A DNA stretch of 64,000 nucleotides from assembly GCA_028023455.1 (NCBI GenBank), contig JAQFVV010000003.1, positions 3,286,001 to 3,350,000 on the forward strand, given 5' to 3'. Below, one piece after another: positions 24,309-36,056 of the stretch (positions are counted from its first letter, which is position 1; each line of letters opens with the position of its first letter). The notes beneath the pieces are model-generated. The model saw nothing but the letters and a program-made list of their open reading frames with translations. It did no database searches and was not told the DNA's origin. The position numbers were made by a program, and so were the translations under genes. Source of the DNA: Epiperipatus broadwayi (Eukaryota > Animalia > Onychophora).

Positions 24309-25486
24309 TTGCGGAAAGAGCATGTACAAATCTACTTGGCCGTGAATGGTTTGCCCCTTTGGGAATATTTTTATCGGGGGTGCATTCAGTTCGACATTCA
24401 CCAATGCAAGATATCATTGATGCTTTTCCCCAGGTTTTCAGCACTACCCTTGGAAGATATCGAGGATCGCCAGTGTCTTTACCGATAGACCCAAAAATAC
24501 CACCTATTCGCCTCCGAGCCCGACCATTGCCATTGGCTATGAAACCAAAGGTTGACGCAGCGCTAGACACCTTATTAAAGGACGGAATTATTGAGCCAGT
24601 TTGCGACCCGGTATGGGCAACACCAGTGGTGCCCATCATCAAAGCGTCAGGAGAGGTCCGCCTTTGCGGTGATTATAAGGTGACCGTAAATCAAGCATTA
24701 AGAGATCACCCATATCCAATACCAGCAGTACACCATTTTCTCGCATCGTTTCCTAGGAGCTCAGTGTTTGCAAAAATAGACTTAGCTCGAGCATACCTAC
24801 AACTGCCGGTAGATGAGGCATCGGCGGATGCACAGACCATTATCACCCATCGGGGAGCTTTCCGGGTGAAGAGATTGCAGTACGGCATTAGTGTGGCCCC
24901 AGGAATATTTCAGGGAATGGTGGACAACATACTAGGAGGTATTCAGGGAGTGTTCCCATACTTCGATGATGTACTGATATGTGCAACATCTGCTACGGAC
25001 CTAACCACCAAATTAAGAACAGTCTGCAGCAAATTGGCTGCCTGTGGGCTGAGTGTAAATAAAGACAAATGTGTCCTCGGAGTGTCGTCAATAGATTTTT
25101 TAGGATACACCCTGGATGTGGAGGGCCTGCACCCAGCGGCCGACAAAGTGGCTGCTATTAGGAGAGCACCGACACCAACAGATAAGAAGAAGCTACAGGC
25201 ATTCTTGGGGTTGCTCAACTTCTACAGTAACTTTTTGCCACACCGAGCTACGACAGCCGAACCACTACATAAATTGCTTAAGGCTGATACAGTATGGTCA
25301 TGGACCAAAGAACACGAGAGAGCGTTCACACAATTGAAGGAGGCCCTGACGTCCGATGATGTGCTGGTGCCTTTCGATCCCCGCCAACAAGTGGTGGTAA
25401 CCTGCGACGCTTCACCATATGGAGTGGGAGCAGTACTTAGCCTGAAGTATGCAGACGGCCTATGTTCACCAGTTGCTTTTGCATGA
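24107..25486 (+). CDS. pol: Protease C-half, reverse transcriptase (YFDD) and start of RNase H
   Basis: WATPVVP, LCGDYK, KIDLARAYLQL, YFDD, CDASPYGVGAVL; ends at a premature TGA in FA*RTL. Confidence 0.92.
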   Translation: MLHGSRFRIGIFNCVSGVFQDLCKGKLPVLEPVQTTLRDFQQNRITFMGQCFVSVKYGKYSACLRLLIAERACTNLLGREWFAPLGIFLSGVHSVRHSPMQDIIDAFPQVFSTTLGRYRGSPVSLPIDPKIPPIRLRARPLPLAMKPKVDAALDTLLKDGIIEPVCDPVWATPVVPIIKASGEVRLCGDYKVTVNQALRDHPYPIPAVHHFLASFPRSSVFAKIDLARAYLQLPVDEASADAQTIITHRGAFRVKRLQYGISVAPGIFQGMVDNILGGIQGVFPYFDDVLICATSATDLTTKLRTVCSKLAACGLSVNKDKCVLGVSSIDFLGYTLDVEGLHPAADKVAAIRRAPTPTDKKKLQAFLGLLNFYSNFLPHRATTAEPLHKLLKADTVWSWTKEHERAFTQLKEALTSDDVLVPFDPRQQVVVTCDASPYGVGAVLSLKYADGLCSPVAFA

Positions 25487-25555
25487 CGAACACTCACCAA
25501 GTCTGAAAGAAATTACGCTCAAATAGACCGGGAAGCACTTGCTATTATATTCGGG

Positions 25556-27121
25556 GTGAAACATTTCCACCATTTCGTATATGGAATACCGTTCGAGATA
25601 GTGACTGACCACAAGCCACTGCTGGGAATCTTCACGTCGGACCGGCCGACACCATTCATTCTATCACCCCGAATGCAAAGGTGGGCATGCCTCTTGACGG
25701 CTTACAACTTCAGACTGCAGTATGCACCAGGGAGGAGCATAGGGAACGCCGATGCACTGAGTAGGTGGCCATCCCCTGCGGTTCAGCAGAGTGAGGAGAA
25801 GCTGCGAGCAGTATTATTCCTTGAGGACTTGGAGAACCCACCAGTTTCCGCAGAACAGATCGAGAAAGAGACTAAAGCAGACCCTGTGCTATCTAGAGTA
25901 AAGGAGTGCATCCTGACAGCATGGCCAACACACATTCAACAAGATCTTCGATCTTATCAGTCGCGAAAAAATGAGTTGTCAACACACCGAGGATGTTTGC
26001 TATGGGGGGCACGGGTGGTCATACCGACATCCCTTAGACCCATAGTTCTTCGTGAGCTGCACCTGGGACACATGGGAATTGTGAGAACAAAAGCACTTGC
26101 ACGCTCATACGTCTGGTGGCCTGGAATGGACCAGGACATAGAACAACTAATAGCTAAATGTAACAACTGTCAAGAGATACGACACCAGCAACCACGTGCA
26201 CCAACACATCACTGGGAGATTCCAGCTCTGCCATGGTCACGAATACATGTGGATTACGCTGGACCTATCCAGGGGAAAATGATTTTAGTCGTCGTGGATG
26301 CACACTCGAAGTGGATCGACGTCCGTGAAATGCCATCGACGACGACTGGAGCTACCATCTCAGCACTTAGAGAACTCTTCGCAACACACGGTCTTCCCGA
26401 ATGCATTGTTTCAGACAACGGCCCTCAGTTCACGGCGATGGAGTTCACGACTTTCCTTCACCGGAATGGCATTCGCCATGCAAGAGTGGCTCCATATCAT
26501 CCATCAAGCAACGGGTTGGCAGAACGTGCAGTACAATCTGTTAAGGAGGGATTGCAACGTCTACGAAACGGGACCTGGAGTCAGCGGCTTGCACGTTATT
26601 TACTAATGCAACACACTACGCCATCAACAGCAACGGGACTTAGCCCGGCCGAGCTACTGTTCAAGCGGCGCATAAGAACATGCCTGGATTTTCTGCACCC
26701 GGACAGGGCACCACAAATAACTCAGATACCTATACAAAGGGTACGAACATTCCAACCACAGGTTACAATTTTGACACGTAGGGCTGGAAAAAACTCACCA
26801 TGGATACCTGCAGTTATCCAACATCAGACAGGACCATTGTCATACGAGATTCTAACAGACTCCGGGATTCAAAAAAGACATGTAGACCACTTGCGACCTA
26901 GAGCGGTAAATACACACACAGAGGAAACTGCGACAAACCAGGATAGTCAGAATGAGACAGCACTTGGAGAACCCATTCAGGTGGCCGCACCTACCACCAG
27001 TATACACCGAGAGAGTAAACCACAAACACCTAGTGGTCACCCTCGGCGAGTACGCCACCCCCCTGTACGTCTGTTGGACTATGACACTTCTCAAAAAAGG
27101 GGGGAAAGGGAAGGAGTGTAA
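25556..27121 (+). CDS. pol: RNase H C-part and integrase (HHCC, D,D35E)
   Basis: TDHKPL, LHLGHMG...CNNC, HVDYAGP, VSDNGPQF, SNGLAERAVQ; same frame as 24107-25486. Confidence 0.92.
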   Translation: MKHFHHFVYGIPFEIVTDHKPLLGIFTSDRPTPFILSPRMQRWACLLTAYNFRLQYAPGRSIGNADALSRWPSPAVQQSEEKLRAVLFLEDLENPPVSAEQIEKETKADPVLSRVKECILTAWPTHIQQDLRSYQSRKNELSTHRGCLLWGARVVIPTSLRPIVLRELHLGHMGIVRTKALARSYVWWPGMDQDIEQLIAKCNNCQEIRHQQPRAPTHHWEIPALPWSRIHVDYAGPIQGKMILVVVDAHSKWIDVREMPSTTTGATISALRELFATHGLPECIVSDNGPQFTAMEFTTFLHRNGIRHARVAPYHPSSNGLAERAVQSVKEGLQRLRNGTWSQRLARYLLMQHTTPSTATGLSPAELLFKRRIRTCLDFLHPDRAPQITQIPIQRVRTFQPQVTILTRRAGKNSPWIPAVIQHQTGPLSYEILTDSGIQKRHVDHLRPRAVNTHTEETATNQDSQNETALGEPIQVAAPTTSIHRESKPQTPSGHPRRVRHPPVRLLDYDTSQKRGEREGV

Positions 27122-27326
27122 TGTATTCGTGGTGACGTCACAGTTACTGCGGGATGGATATTATCGAGACTGCGGGACTACAGCAGGAAGCCATGTTAGG
27201 ACGGTGATCATGCTTCCCGAGTATTAGTAAGCGTTATGTATTGACTATTATTTTATGTATAGAATAGTAATAAAAGATTAACTAGTAAAGTGTTGTTGTG
27301 TTTGCTTGTATTTGTGATACACAACA
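27117..27326 (+). repeat. 3' LTR (210 bp)
   Basis: Follows the polypurine tract AAAAAAGGGGGGAAAGGGAAGGAG. Confidence 0.95.
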
Positions 27327-27799
27327 GTTATCATGCTTTATTCTACAAAAAATTGTAGATTCTATTTTGAAAGCTGAATTCTGCTTTCTTGATAAATGTT
27401 CTCGTTCCAGCTTAATTTGATTTTTTATTTATTGTCAAATTAGAACTGTTAGCTGAACTTGAAATTCATTATAAATAGTAAATCAGCTATAAAATAATAA
27501 TTATAAATGTATGAATGTCTTGCTTCATTATGAAAGAAATTATTCCATTATTATGTTTATGTATTTTAAAAATGTCCCTCGTAAAAGTATTATTATTATA
27601 CGGTTATTCGTAAAATGGATGGAATATTTGTTCACCATTTAAATGATGCAGAAATGAATGTCATTCTAGATATTGTGACCTTTTTTCTATTATAAAATAT
27701 TATGAATATTTTCCTGTTACGAAAATATTTTATAAATAATCATTATTTTTACGCATTTTTACTGTGTATGAAGTCTGCATTACAGAATGTTATAATGAA

Positions 27800-30030
27800 A
27801 ATATTTGCCTTATTTTTAGTATAGGAAATAAAATTATTATGCGCAAATAAACATTTTTGTTAATACTATACAATATTTTATTTGTCTTTAAAAAATAAAA
27901 CATGACATGAACTGGATTCTAAGCACATTTTAATCTACTTAGTGTTAATAAAGACTTATAATTAATAAGTATACTGTATTACTTTAGAATGTGTTTTATT
28001 GTCAACAAAATACAAAATTTTACTTGTTGTTTGATTGCATTAATTTTATTCTTTATTTTATAATGTATATTATTTATAAGAAGATTTTTGTGCTCATGTT
28101 AAAAATTTATTTTTATCTCTTCAATGTTATATATTATTTTGTATTATGCTGATAAAAATATGTTTGCTCTTATTAATATTATTTGCATGAGGCTATGAAT
28201 TATATTTCAAAAAAGAAAATAATAGTATCATTTATCTACATGTTATTTAAAGTACTAACAATGTTTATTATCATTTAATGTGCTATTTAAAATGTCTACA
28301 GTGTTAAGTACTATTCAATGTTCTATATTTAAAAATATATGCAATGCTTATTTCTATTCACTACTACATTGTTTTATTTAAATTGTGTATCATCATGTTA
28401 TTAAATACTTACAATGGCTATTTTAGTTATGTCAGTGTTTTAAAATTCACCATACCTCATATTTTGCCTGCTGTTAAATTTAATCTTAATATTGTCCAAA
28501 TATTCTGTAATATCTTCAGCTTGTTCAAGAGCTTTTGGTTAGACCATTAATTATCCTGTTAAATGGTATGGAAAGTCAAGACTTGAGGACTGTTAATTTT
28601 AAATTATAAAAAGGTATAAATATTTAATTTTTTAAGATTTATTTATACATGCATTATGTTTATTATTTTTCTAGGTATTATTTATATATGATTTTAATAT
28701 GTAACTTATATTAAATTCTCATAATATTATTGTTATACAAAATATTTTTAATGTGCCATATTAGTCCCTTATGGAGTTGTTTAGAATGTGAAAAAATGCA
28801 TGAAGCAAATGTTTATTTTTCTCATGAAATTGTTTTGCCATAAATTTATATGCTTAGCTATATTTTGCTAATATTGCCATATTTTGTCAGTTTTACACAT
28901 CATTGATTTATTGTTATTATATGAGATAGTAGATTGTTTTATCATGCCAGTGAGTTTTTATTAGGTCTTAAGTGACATGTTGCAGGAACACAATGTCATT
29001 CAATTGAAATACTGCAACCACTATCAATACAAAGTTGTACAAGATAGACCAATGTCCACATAATAATACATGCATGAGAACTCTTAACCTTTTAACCAAG
29101 CTTAACCTGTTATCCTGTATATCATAATACTATGTATATTTTGTATTAAATAAATTTCTTGATAAAAAAAAACATGTAGCAATTCTTAGATTGATAATAA
29201 AACAAAGAAAAACTGTTCAAATCTATTAGAAAATTAATCTAGATAAAAAAAAAAGTGACATTTAGCATAGAATGCTATATTTAGATAATACCCTTTTGAT
29301 AGTTTATTTTTGTATTTTAAGATTAGAGTTAAGGTCTTGATTCTTTAATCCCCTCTGGTATAGATGCTTATTGTAAATCTATTCCATTATTTTGTTTTTG
29401 CCTTGCTTTTAAATTCCTTGATGTTTATCTAAGTGAAATTTTATTACACTCATGTGTGATACCAGCTATGTCTTTATATTGGCTGTTGAAATATTTTGAA
29501 GGCTATGTGTAATGATAGCCATGCCTTTGTTTACATTTTTGATAACATCAGAGTGGGTTTGATGTGTTGATAATGTTGATTTGCCCAATTTGTTTATCCA
29601 ATGTGTTTTTAGAATATGATAAAATACTTTATTCTTAAATTTATAATTCAAAACAAAGCAAAACTCTCCATACAGTAGTGCCATCTTGTGCCAACAAGAG
29701 CAATCAATGGATGCCAGAAGGCTTGTGCATCTTTTTTCAAATTCATCGAGTCACAAGTATGGTAAGATTTATGTGTATTAGAATTAATAAATATGCTTGC
29801 TAAAAGGACTTATGTAATGGAAAATTAAATTATTAAATGTGAGAATTTTATGAATTAAGAGGAAATCATATCAAGATGATTTATTTATTAACTTTTATTA
29901 TATCCGATTGTAATCTATAATTTTTATTTTATTTTAAACTGAAAAATTATAATTTATAATTTTATTAAAGTAACTTAATGATTATTTTGTTAATGAATTC
30001 TGTGTCTACATGTTTTAAGAATGCTAATAA
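27800..30030 (+). pseudogene. Multi-exon pseudogene for a hydrophobic multi-pass membrane protein, copy 1
   Basis: Blocks homologous to 31000-32900 end at GT donors (AAG|GTATAA ~28612, CCA|GTGAGT ~28947, TG|GTAAG ~29762); hydrophobic translations with stops and frameshifts. Confidence 0.5.
29650..29730 (-). mobile_element. Family B 3'-end fragment inserted into an exon-like block
   Basis: AAAACAAAGCAAAACTCTCCATACAGTAGTGCC...GGCTTGTGCAT; absent at the equivalent position of the 32.5 kb paralog. Confidence 0.8.
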
Positions 30031-30037
30031 AAAATTA

Positions 30038-30641
30038 AAACAGGCAAAAGTCTCCATACAGTAGTGCCACTCAGTGCAAGCCAGAGTAATTAATGGATGC
30101 CAGAAAGCTTATGCATAAAATCCCTATCTAGTGCTTACTCATCCAATATCCCCAGACTAGTTTCTAACTTGTGGCTTTCATCAGTGAGGAGCTTTGGATC
30201 TGAGAGCACTGCACATAGATCTTAGGATCTAATGCAACCCTCCAGCAGCCACCTTTTACCTCTACTTAACTACAAAACCATGAAAATAAAATTGAACACA
30301 ATAATATTTTCAATCCAAGCTCACTAGTTTATATAGTCATATAGGTCTGAACTCAGTTTAGTACCCATACATTTTGATGTCTTTGTTTTTTAATAACCAT
30401 AGCCACCACTATCCTATTAGTCAGGATTGGTATTAAACCACTAAACATCACATGATCACCATTTCTTACACTTGCTCATAACTGTTATTAAAACAGACAA
30501 ACTCTCCATAATGTAGTGCCACAAGCCTTCTGGCAATTACTCTGGTTTGCACGGAGTGGCACTACTGTGTGAGAGTTTTGCCTGTTTTAATAACAGTTAT
30601 GAGAAAGCGTAAGAAATGGTGATCATGTGATGTTTAGTGAT
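30038..30641 (-). mobile_element. Family B HHR element: ~1.07 monomers (unit ~453 nt) plus 119-nt 5' inversion
   Basis: 14-bp TSD CTAATAAAAAATTA (30024-30037, 30642-30655); TTAAAACAG repeated at 30035 and 30488; inversion at ~30523. Confidence 0.88.
30149..30190 (-). ncRNA. Minimal type I hammerhead ribozyme motif (family B, best preserved)
   Basis: TCCTCA-CTGATGA-A-AGC-CACAA-GTT-A-GAAAC-TA-GTC/TGGGGA; 6-bp stem I; palindrome ACTAGT; predicted GUC cleavage between 30155 and 30154. Confidence 0.82.
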
Positions 30642-30999
30642 CTAATAAAAAATTATTATCACGTTTTGCATTATTTTAAAAAAAAAAAATGTTTTTTCAT
30701 TTATAAAATTGAATACTTGCTATATTTTTAAATAATATTATATATTTAATCGCTACAAAAATGTTTTATGAAGGGAATAGACATTATTAGGCATTTATTT
30801 CTCGTGATATCTGCTTGTTGAATGCTGATATGAAATATGTATTTTCCTAGGATTAGAAATTATGTTACTATGCTCCAGTAAACTTTATTGGGCCACTGAA
30901 TATTTTGTTTGTCCAAAAAAAAGAAACTAATATTCAATACTTTTTTAGTCTAATATAAAGTACATTATTGTTAACCACGCTTATCTGTTGTTTAAAAGT

Positions 31000-32900
31000 A
31001 TATTTATACGACCTGTAATGTTAGTTTATTAAAATTTATTATGTGAACTTGCTAAATGTATGTTTACTGGTGCATTAAAAAAAAGAATATTTATTATTAA
31101 TAGAGTACAAGTATTAGGTATAATTAACTCTGGAAAACTCTGTTATTTTTTTTTATAATGTGTGCATTACTTACAAAAGCATTTATTATTACTGCTGTTT
31201 AAAACCTCCAATCAACACTCTATCCTTTTAATTGCTTGTAGTATTTAATTATATAATTCTATACTTACAAAAGATGATTTGTGCCCTTCTTAAGAATTTA
31301 TTATAATTCTTCAAAATTATATTGCTTGCTCCAAGTTATTATACCTAAAATATATTTGCTCTTCGAGAATCTTGATTTATAGCTCCTTACCATGTTCTAT
31401 TTAAAATGTATGTGCTCCTTATTTATATTCTTCATGAAGCTACGAATTGTATCTTACAGAAGGAAATATTAATATAATCTATTTAGTGGGTTATTAAAAA
31501 TTTACAATGCTTATATTATTCAACTTATTATTTAAAATATATGCAATATTTATGCTATTCGTCTTATTACTTATTTAATCTACATCATTTATTTATATTG
31601 GCTATCTTATTTGTGTTAGTAATTTAAATATCTGCTTACCTCATATTTTAATTGCTGTTTATTAATTTAATCGTTAATGTTGTCTGGATATCCTATAAGT
31701 TTTCAGTGTGTCCAAGGACTTTTATTTGTCTGTATCCTATGTTAATGGTGTGAAAAGCAAGACTTAAGGACTGTTTATTTTATTTGGTAAATAGGTATAA
31801 ATAAAATATTTAGTTTTAATATTTATTTTTACGTGTATTATATTCATTTTGTTTTCTCTGTATTATTTTATGTATATGTTTAACATGCATTTTCATGGTA
31901 AGTTTTCAGAATATTAGCAGACTAATAAAATTTTAAAGTGTATTATACTTGTCCTCTTTTGGAGTTATTTTGAATGTGAATAAATGTTTGGAAGATTTCA
32001 TGAAGTTGATGTACATTATTATTATTGAATTATTTTGTCACAAATTTTATATGCTTAGCTATATTTTGCTATATTTTCCACATCCTATTGATTTTACACA
32101 TCACTTATTTGTTATTATTCTAGAAGATAGTACTATTATCTCTATTTTATACATTGTTTTATTATGCCAGTAAGTTTTATTATATCTTTGTCATATTAAA
32201 CAACTCCCCTCTCTTTTTGTGGGTTTATTCTTATATTTTTTATGGTTAGAAACAGTCCTAGCTCATTATTGCTCTCTTATGTAGGTGCTTATCTATGTTT
32301 ATGCCATCATCTTATATTTGCCGTTGCTTTTTCAACCCTTTGATGTTTATTTTGGTGATAATATTTTTACAGTCATATGATGCTCAACTATGTCTTTATC
32401 CTGGCTTTTGACATATTTTGAAAATGATGTGTGATGCCTACCATGCCTTCATTTACATTCTTGATAAATTAGAGTGTTTTTGATATATAGATTTTGTTGA
32501 TATGTTTAGCATATTCAGATGTTTTAAATCCCAATGAAATATGTTTGCTTTTAAATTTATAATTGTTCATATAGCTATAAAAATGTATACATCTTCCTCA
32601 AAATTCATCGTTACCAAAGGATGGTAAGATTTTAACTTATTTAGAGTTATTGAATATAGTTTACATAGGAACTATATAATAGAAAGTAAGTTTATAAGGA
32701 CTTTACTCAATCTGCAAAAAATCACATTAAGATTTCTGATTTAATGGTTATTTTTATTAGTATTTTAAATTGAATCTATAATTTTATTTTTCTTCTGGGG
32801 ATTTTGTAATTTATAAAGTTTATTAAATAACTTAATGTTTACTTTTCCATGTCATAAATGTCATTCTGCATTCTCAGAAATCTCACCATTCCACACATAT
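31000..32900 (+). pseudogene. Multi-exon pseudogene for a hydrophobic multi-pass membrane protein, copy 2
   Basis: Colinear with 27800-30030; same donors (TAG|GTATAA, CCA|GTAAGT, G|GTAAG) and acceptor TGTAG at ~32284; synonymous-type differences in the shared frame. Confidence 0.5.
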
Positions 32901-34329
32901 TTACTTTATGCATTGAAAATATAAAAAAATATGATATACAAATCACTTTATTAAATTATATCATTGTTGGAAAAGATTATTCTATCTATTTTAAATTAAA
33001 ATGATAAGATCATTTCATTCATCTATTATAAGATCACTTTATTTTATTCATCTGGAGTGAAAAATCATAAGATTATTTTTATTTTAATATAATTATTAAG
33101 AGAAAATTTGTTTGCGTGATACTTGAGTAGCAACAAAATTCCTTTCCTATTCATAATATTATGAATGTCATCCTAGTATGGTGTAATTATTTTTTTTATA
33201 TTAGAGTTTTCATGTTTAATTTTAAATTTAATAGTTATTTGATTTGCTAAGATATCTTGAAAGGTAAGATCATATCTTATTGTTATTATTTGTCAATAGC
33301 ATCACATTCTTTGTTTTTTTTTTAAATCATTGATTACTGAAGAATTCATTATTAAAAGAACCCTAAGATTTGAGTGTCATTAATATTTTAAGAAAGAATT
33401 ATGTTGCATAGAAGACCCGAATTATTTTATGAAAGAATTAATATATCCAAGATCCAATTATTTAGAAGAATCATTGTAGTTATAAGATTTAATTTTATTT
33501 TAGCAGATGTATGAGATGAAGAGTAATGAAAATAACTTTTTATATAATGTATTGTATTTTATTATTTAAAGAGATAATATCAGAACACTTTTCCTGGTAT
33601 CTTATTAATTAAAACAGAGTATTAGAACTCTCCTTTTGATTTAATGTTTATATTTGTCTTGATGTGCTTATTATTTAAAGCAGCATATAAAGTCTAGCCT
33701 AGAGTTTCAGCTGATAGTTTGATTAGCTATGTATTCTAATCCTGAGCTTATTATTTCTATGTTTAGCATGAGATTTAACTCACCTCATTATTAGCTTAAC
33801 CCTATTTGGGATTAACATTTATTATTTGTTATTGGATCGCTTATTTGTTGGCTACAATATATAGTGTATGTTGAAACTTATGTTACTATATTCAAATAAA
33901 GATAATAGTCATGTATTCATGTGTTTAGCAAATTAAGAAAATGTATTGCATTCAGTTTAGAAAGAAGTAAAATATGCACGAATAAATATGTAATCATCGT
34001 GTGCATTGATAAGCAGCAATTAATGACTACTGTAATTATTATAAAATTTCTGTAAATTATAGTGTTTGGAAAACCAGATGACATATGTTCATCCATTATT
34101 AAAAAATATTAGGCATCCAATTATTCTAGATGAACAATAGAAATGAAATGAATATAAACTCCCAATTGGATAATCTATGGGTTAGACTTCTAATTTAACA
34201 GGGGGTACTCAGAAATTCCTAACCCTGGAAATTTCAAAATAAAACTGGATTTAATTGTACAGGTCATCTCAACCTTATTTTTTTTGTGTGTATATACCTT
34301 ATAGCTTTTCTTATATTTATATACAAATA

Positions 34330-35531
34330 CCAAGATAATTACAACTCGTCTACAGAGAACTTTGGATTTCCACCAACCAAGAGAACAAGCTGGATTTAAA
34401 AGTGGTTTTAGTACAATAGATCATATCCAGGTATTAAGAGAAGTCATAGAAAGGACAAACGAATATGAGTTGTCATTATGTTTTGGATTTGTAGATTTTG
34501 AAAAGGCATTCGATTCTATACACTTTCTTCAGTGATTAAAGCATTGGATCATCAAGGTATAGATCCAGGATATTGTCATATTTTAAAGAATATTTATAAA
34601 AATGCAACAGCAACAATTAGATTACATAATGATACTGGAAAAATCAACATTGAGAAAGGTGTAAGACAAGGTGACTCCATATTTCAAAACTCTTTACAGC
34701 AGTGCTGCAGGAAGTATTTTGTGGATTAAAATGGGAAACTAAAGTGGTGAAAGTAAATGGAGAGTATTTAAGTCATTTAGATTTTGCAGATGATGTAGTT
34801 GTTTTTGCCAATAATGCTTCAGACTACAAAATAATAAAAAAAAAAAACTAAAGATAAATGTTAAAGGACTCAAGTAATGTTTAATTGATTTGCTCAAAAT
34901 ATGAAAATAAAGATTGATTATGAAGAATTAGAAGAAGTTAACAGTTACAAATACCTAGGTCAGATTATTAATACAGATGGAAACATAATGGATGAAATTA
35001 TTCATAGAATTAAACTTGGTTGGAATGCTTTTGGTATAAATAACTTGATACGAAAAGAAAATATGCCTATGTGTTTGAAAAGAAAGGTTTTTAATAAATG
35101 TGTTTTACCAGTTTTTCCTTATGGATCTGAGACTTGGACACTTAATAGAAGAGCAATACAGAGACTTCAGACCACTCAAAGGAGTATGGAGAGATGCATG
35201 TTGGGAGTAACAAGAAAAGATCGAAAACACAATGTATGGGTAAGACAACAAACAGGTGTTACTGACCTTATTGAAAAAATTAAAAGATTGAAATGGAGTT
35301 GGGCTGGACATATTGCTAGAAGAGATGATAATAGATGGACAATTGAAATTTTAAACTGGATTCCAAGAGATTATAAAAGACCCAGAAAGAGACCACATGT
35401 GAGATGGATGGATGAAATAAGAAAATGTGCAGGGGTGTTATGGAGAAGAGAAGCTAAAGATCGGAGAAGATGGATTAAACTTGGAGAGACCTTCATCCTG
35501 CAGTGGATTGATAATGGTTGATGATGATGAT
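34330..35531 (+). mobile_element. 5'-truncated RTE-clade LINE (RT and C-terminus) with (GAT)n tail
   Basis: QPREQAGF, FVDFEKAFDSI, GVRQGD, FADD, YKYLGQ, LKWSWAGHIARR..DNRW, RPHVRWMD; tail TGATGATGATGAT; frameshifted. Confidence 0.93.
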
Positions 35532-36056
35532 GTAATATATAGGGTATATGAGTACAGACTTTCACACGACCCACCACTCTCCACTTTATCTCATAACATG
35601 TCTGCTCATCCCTTGTATATGTATTAAATGGATTATGTCCTGTACATGAGGGGTCAGATTGACCTTAGGTCAATATGGGTGTGACAAGAATCTCAGCCTC
35701 AGGATGGCCTTTGAGCATTCCAGCATCAGATTTTCAAAGCTGAAGAGTTGGAGTGTGGAGTAGATTGAAGCCTGTCCATCAAAGTGTGAGGATTGGCTAT
35801 CTTAATATATATCTGAGCACTTATAGCATATATGTGTAGAGATGGTAATTTGGATCAACTGATGATTGCTGGTTTAGCATGAAATATGTATATTGGTAAT
35901 TATTTATCTTTTCGACATATGTGTTCAAGTGTGTCAGTGTTATAAGATAGAATGGAGAGTGGTGAGTCATGTGAAAGTCTGTACTCATATACCCTATATA
36001 TATATATATATATATATAGACATAGGTATATAATAAGCCTGTGTTTCAGTTAATAC
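35532..36056 (+). mobile_element. Family A HHR element (near-full monomer plus short 5' inversion)
   Basis: 35598-36056 homologous to 8200-8666; 35532-35590 is the inverted counterpart of 35944-36000; abuts the RTE tail. Confidence 0.85.
35854..35897 (+). ncRNA. Minimal type I hammerhead ribozyme motif (family A, intact core)
   Basis: ATCAA-CTGATGA-T-TGC-TGGTTTA-GCA-T-GAAA-TATGTA-TA/TTGGT; predicted cleavage after 35892. Confidence 0.82.

Larger units (their letters stand above)
22890..27326 (+). mobile_element. Young, nearly intact Ty3/Gypsy LTR retrotransposon (4437 bp; Mag-like single gag-pol layout)
   Basis: LTRs 22890-23098 and 27117-27326; 5-bp TSD GTTAT; PBS; long PPT 27093-27116; gag-PR-RT-RH-INT order. 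Confidence 0.97.

Noticed and set aside
23618-27094. Several minus-strand and alternate-frame ORFs within the Gypsy element
   Set aside because: Shadow ORFs of GC-richer gag-pol coding sequence; no motifs.
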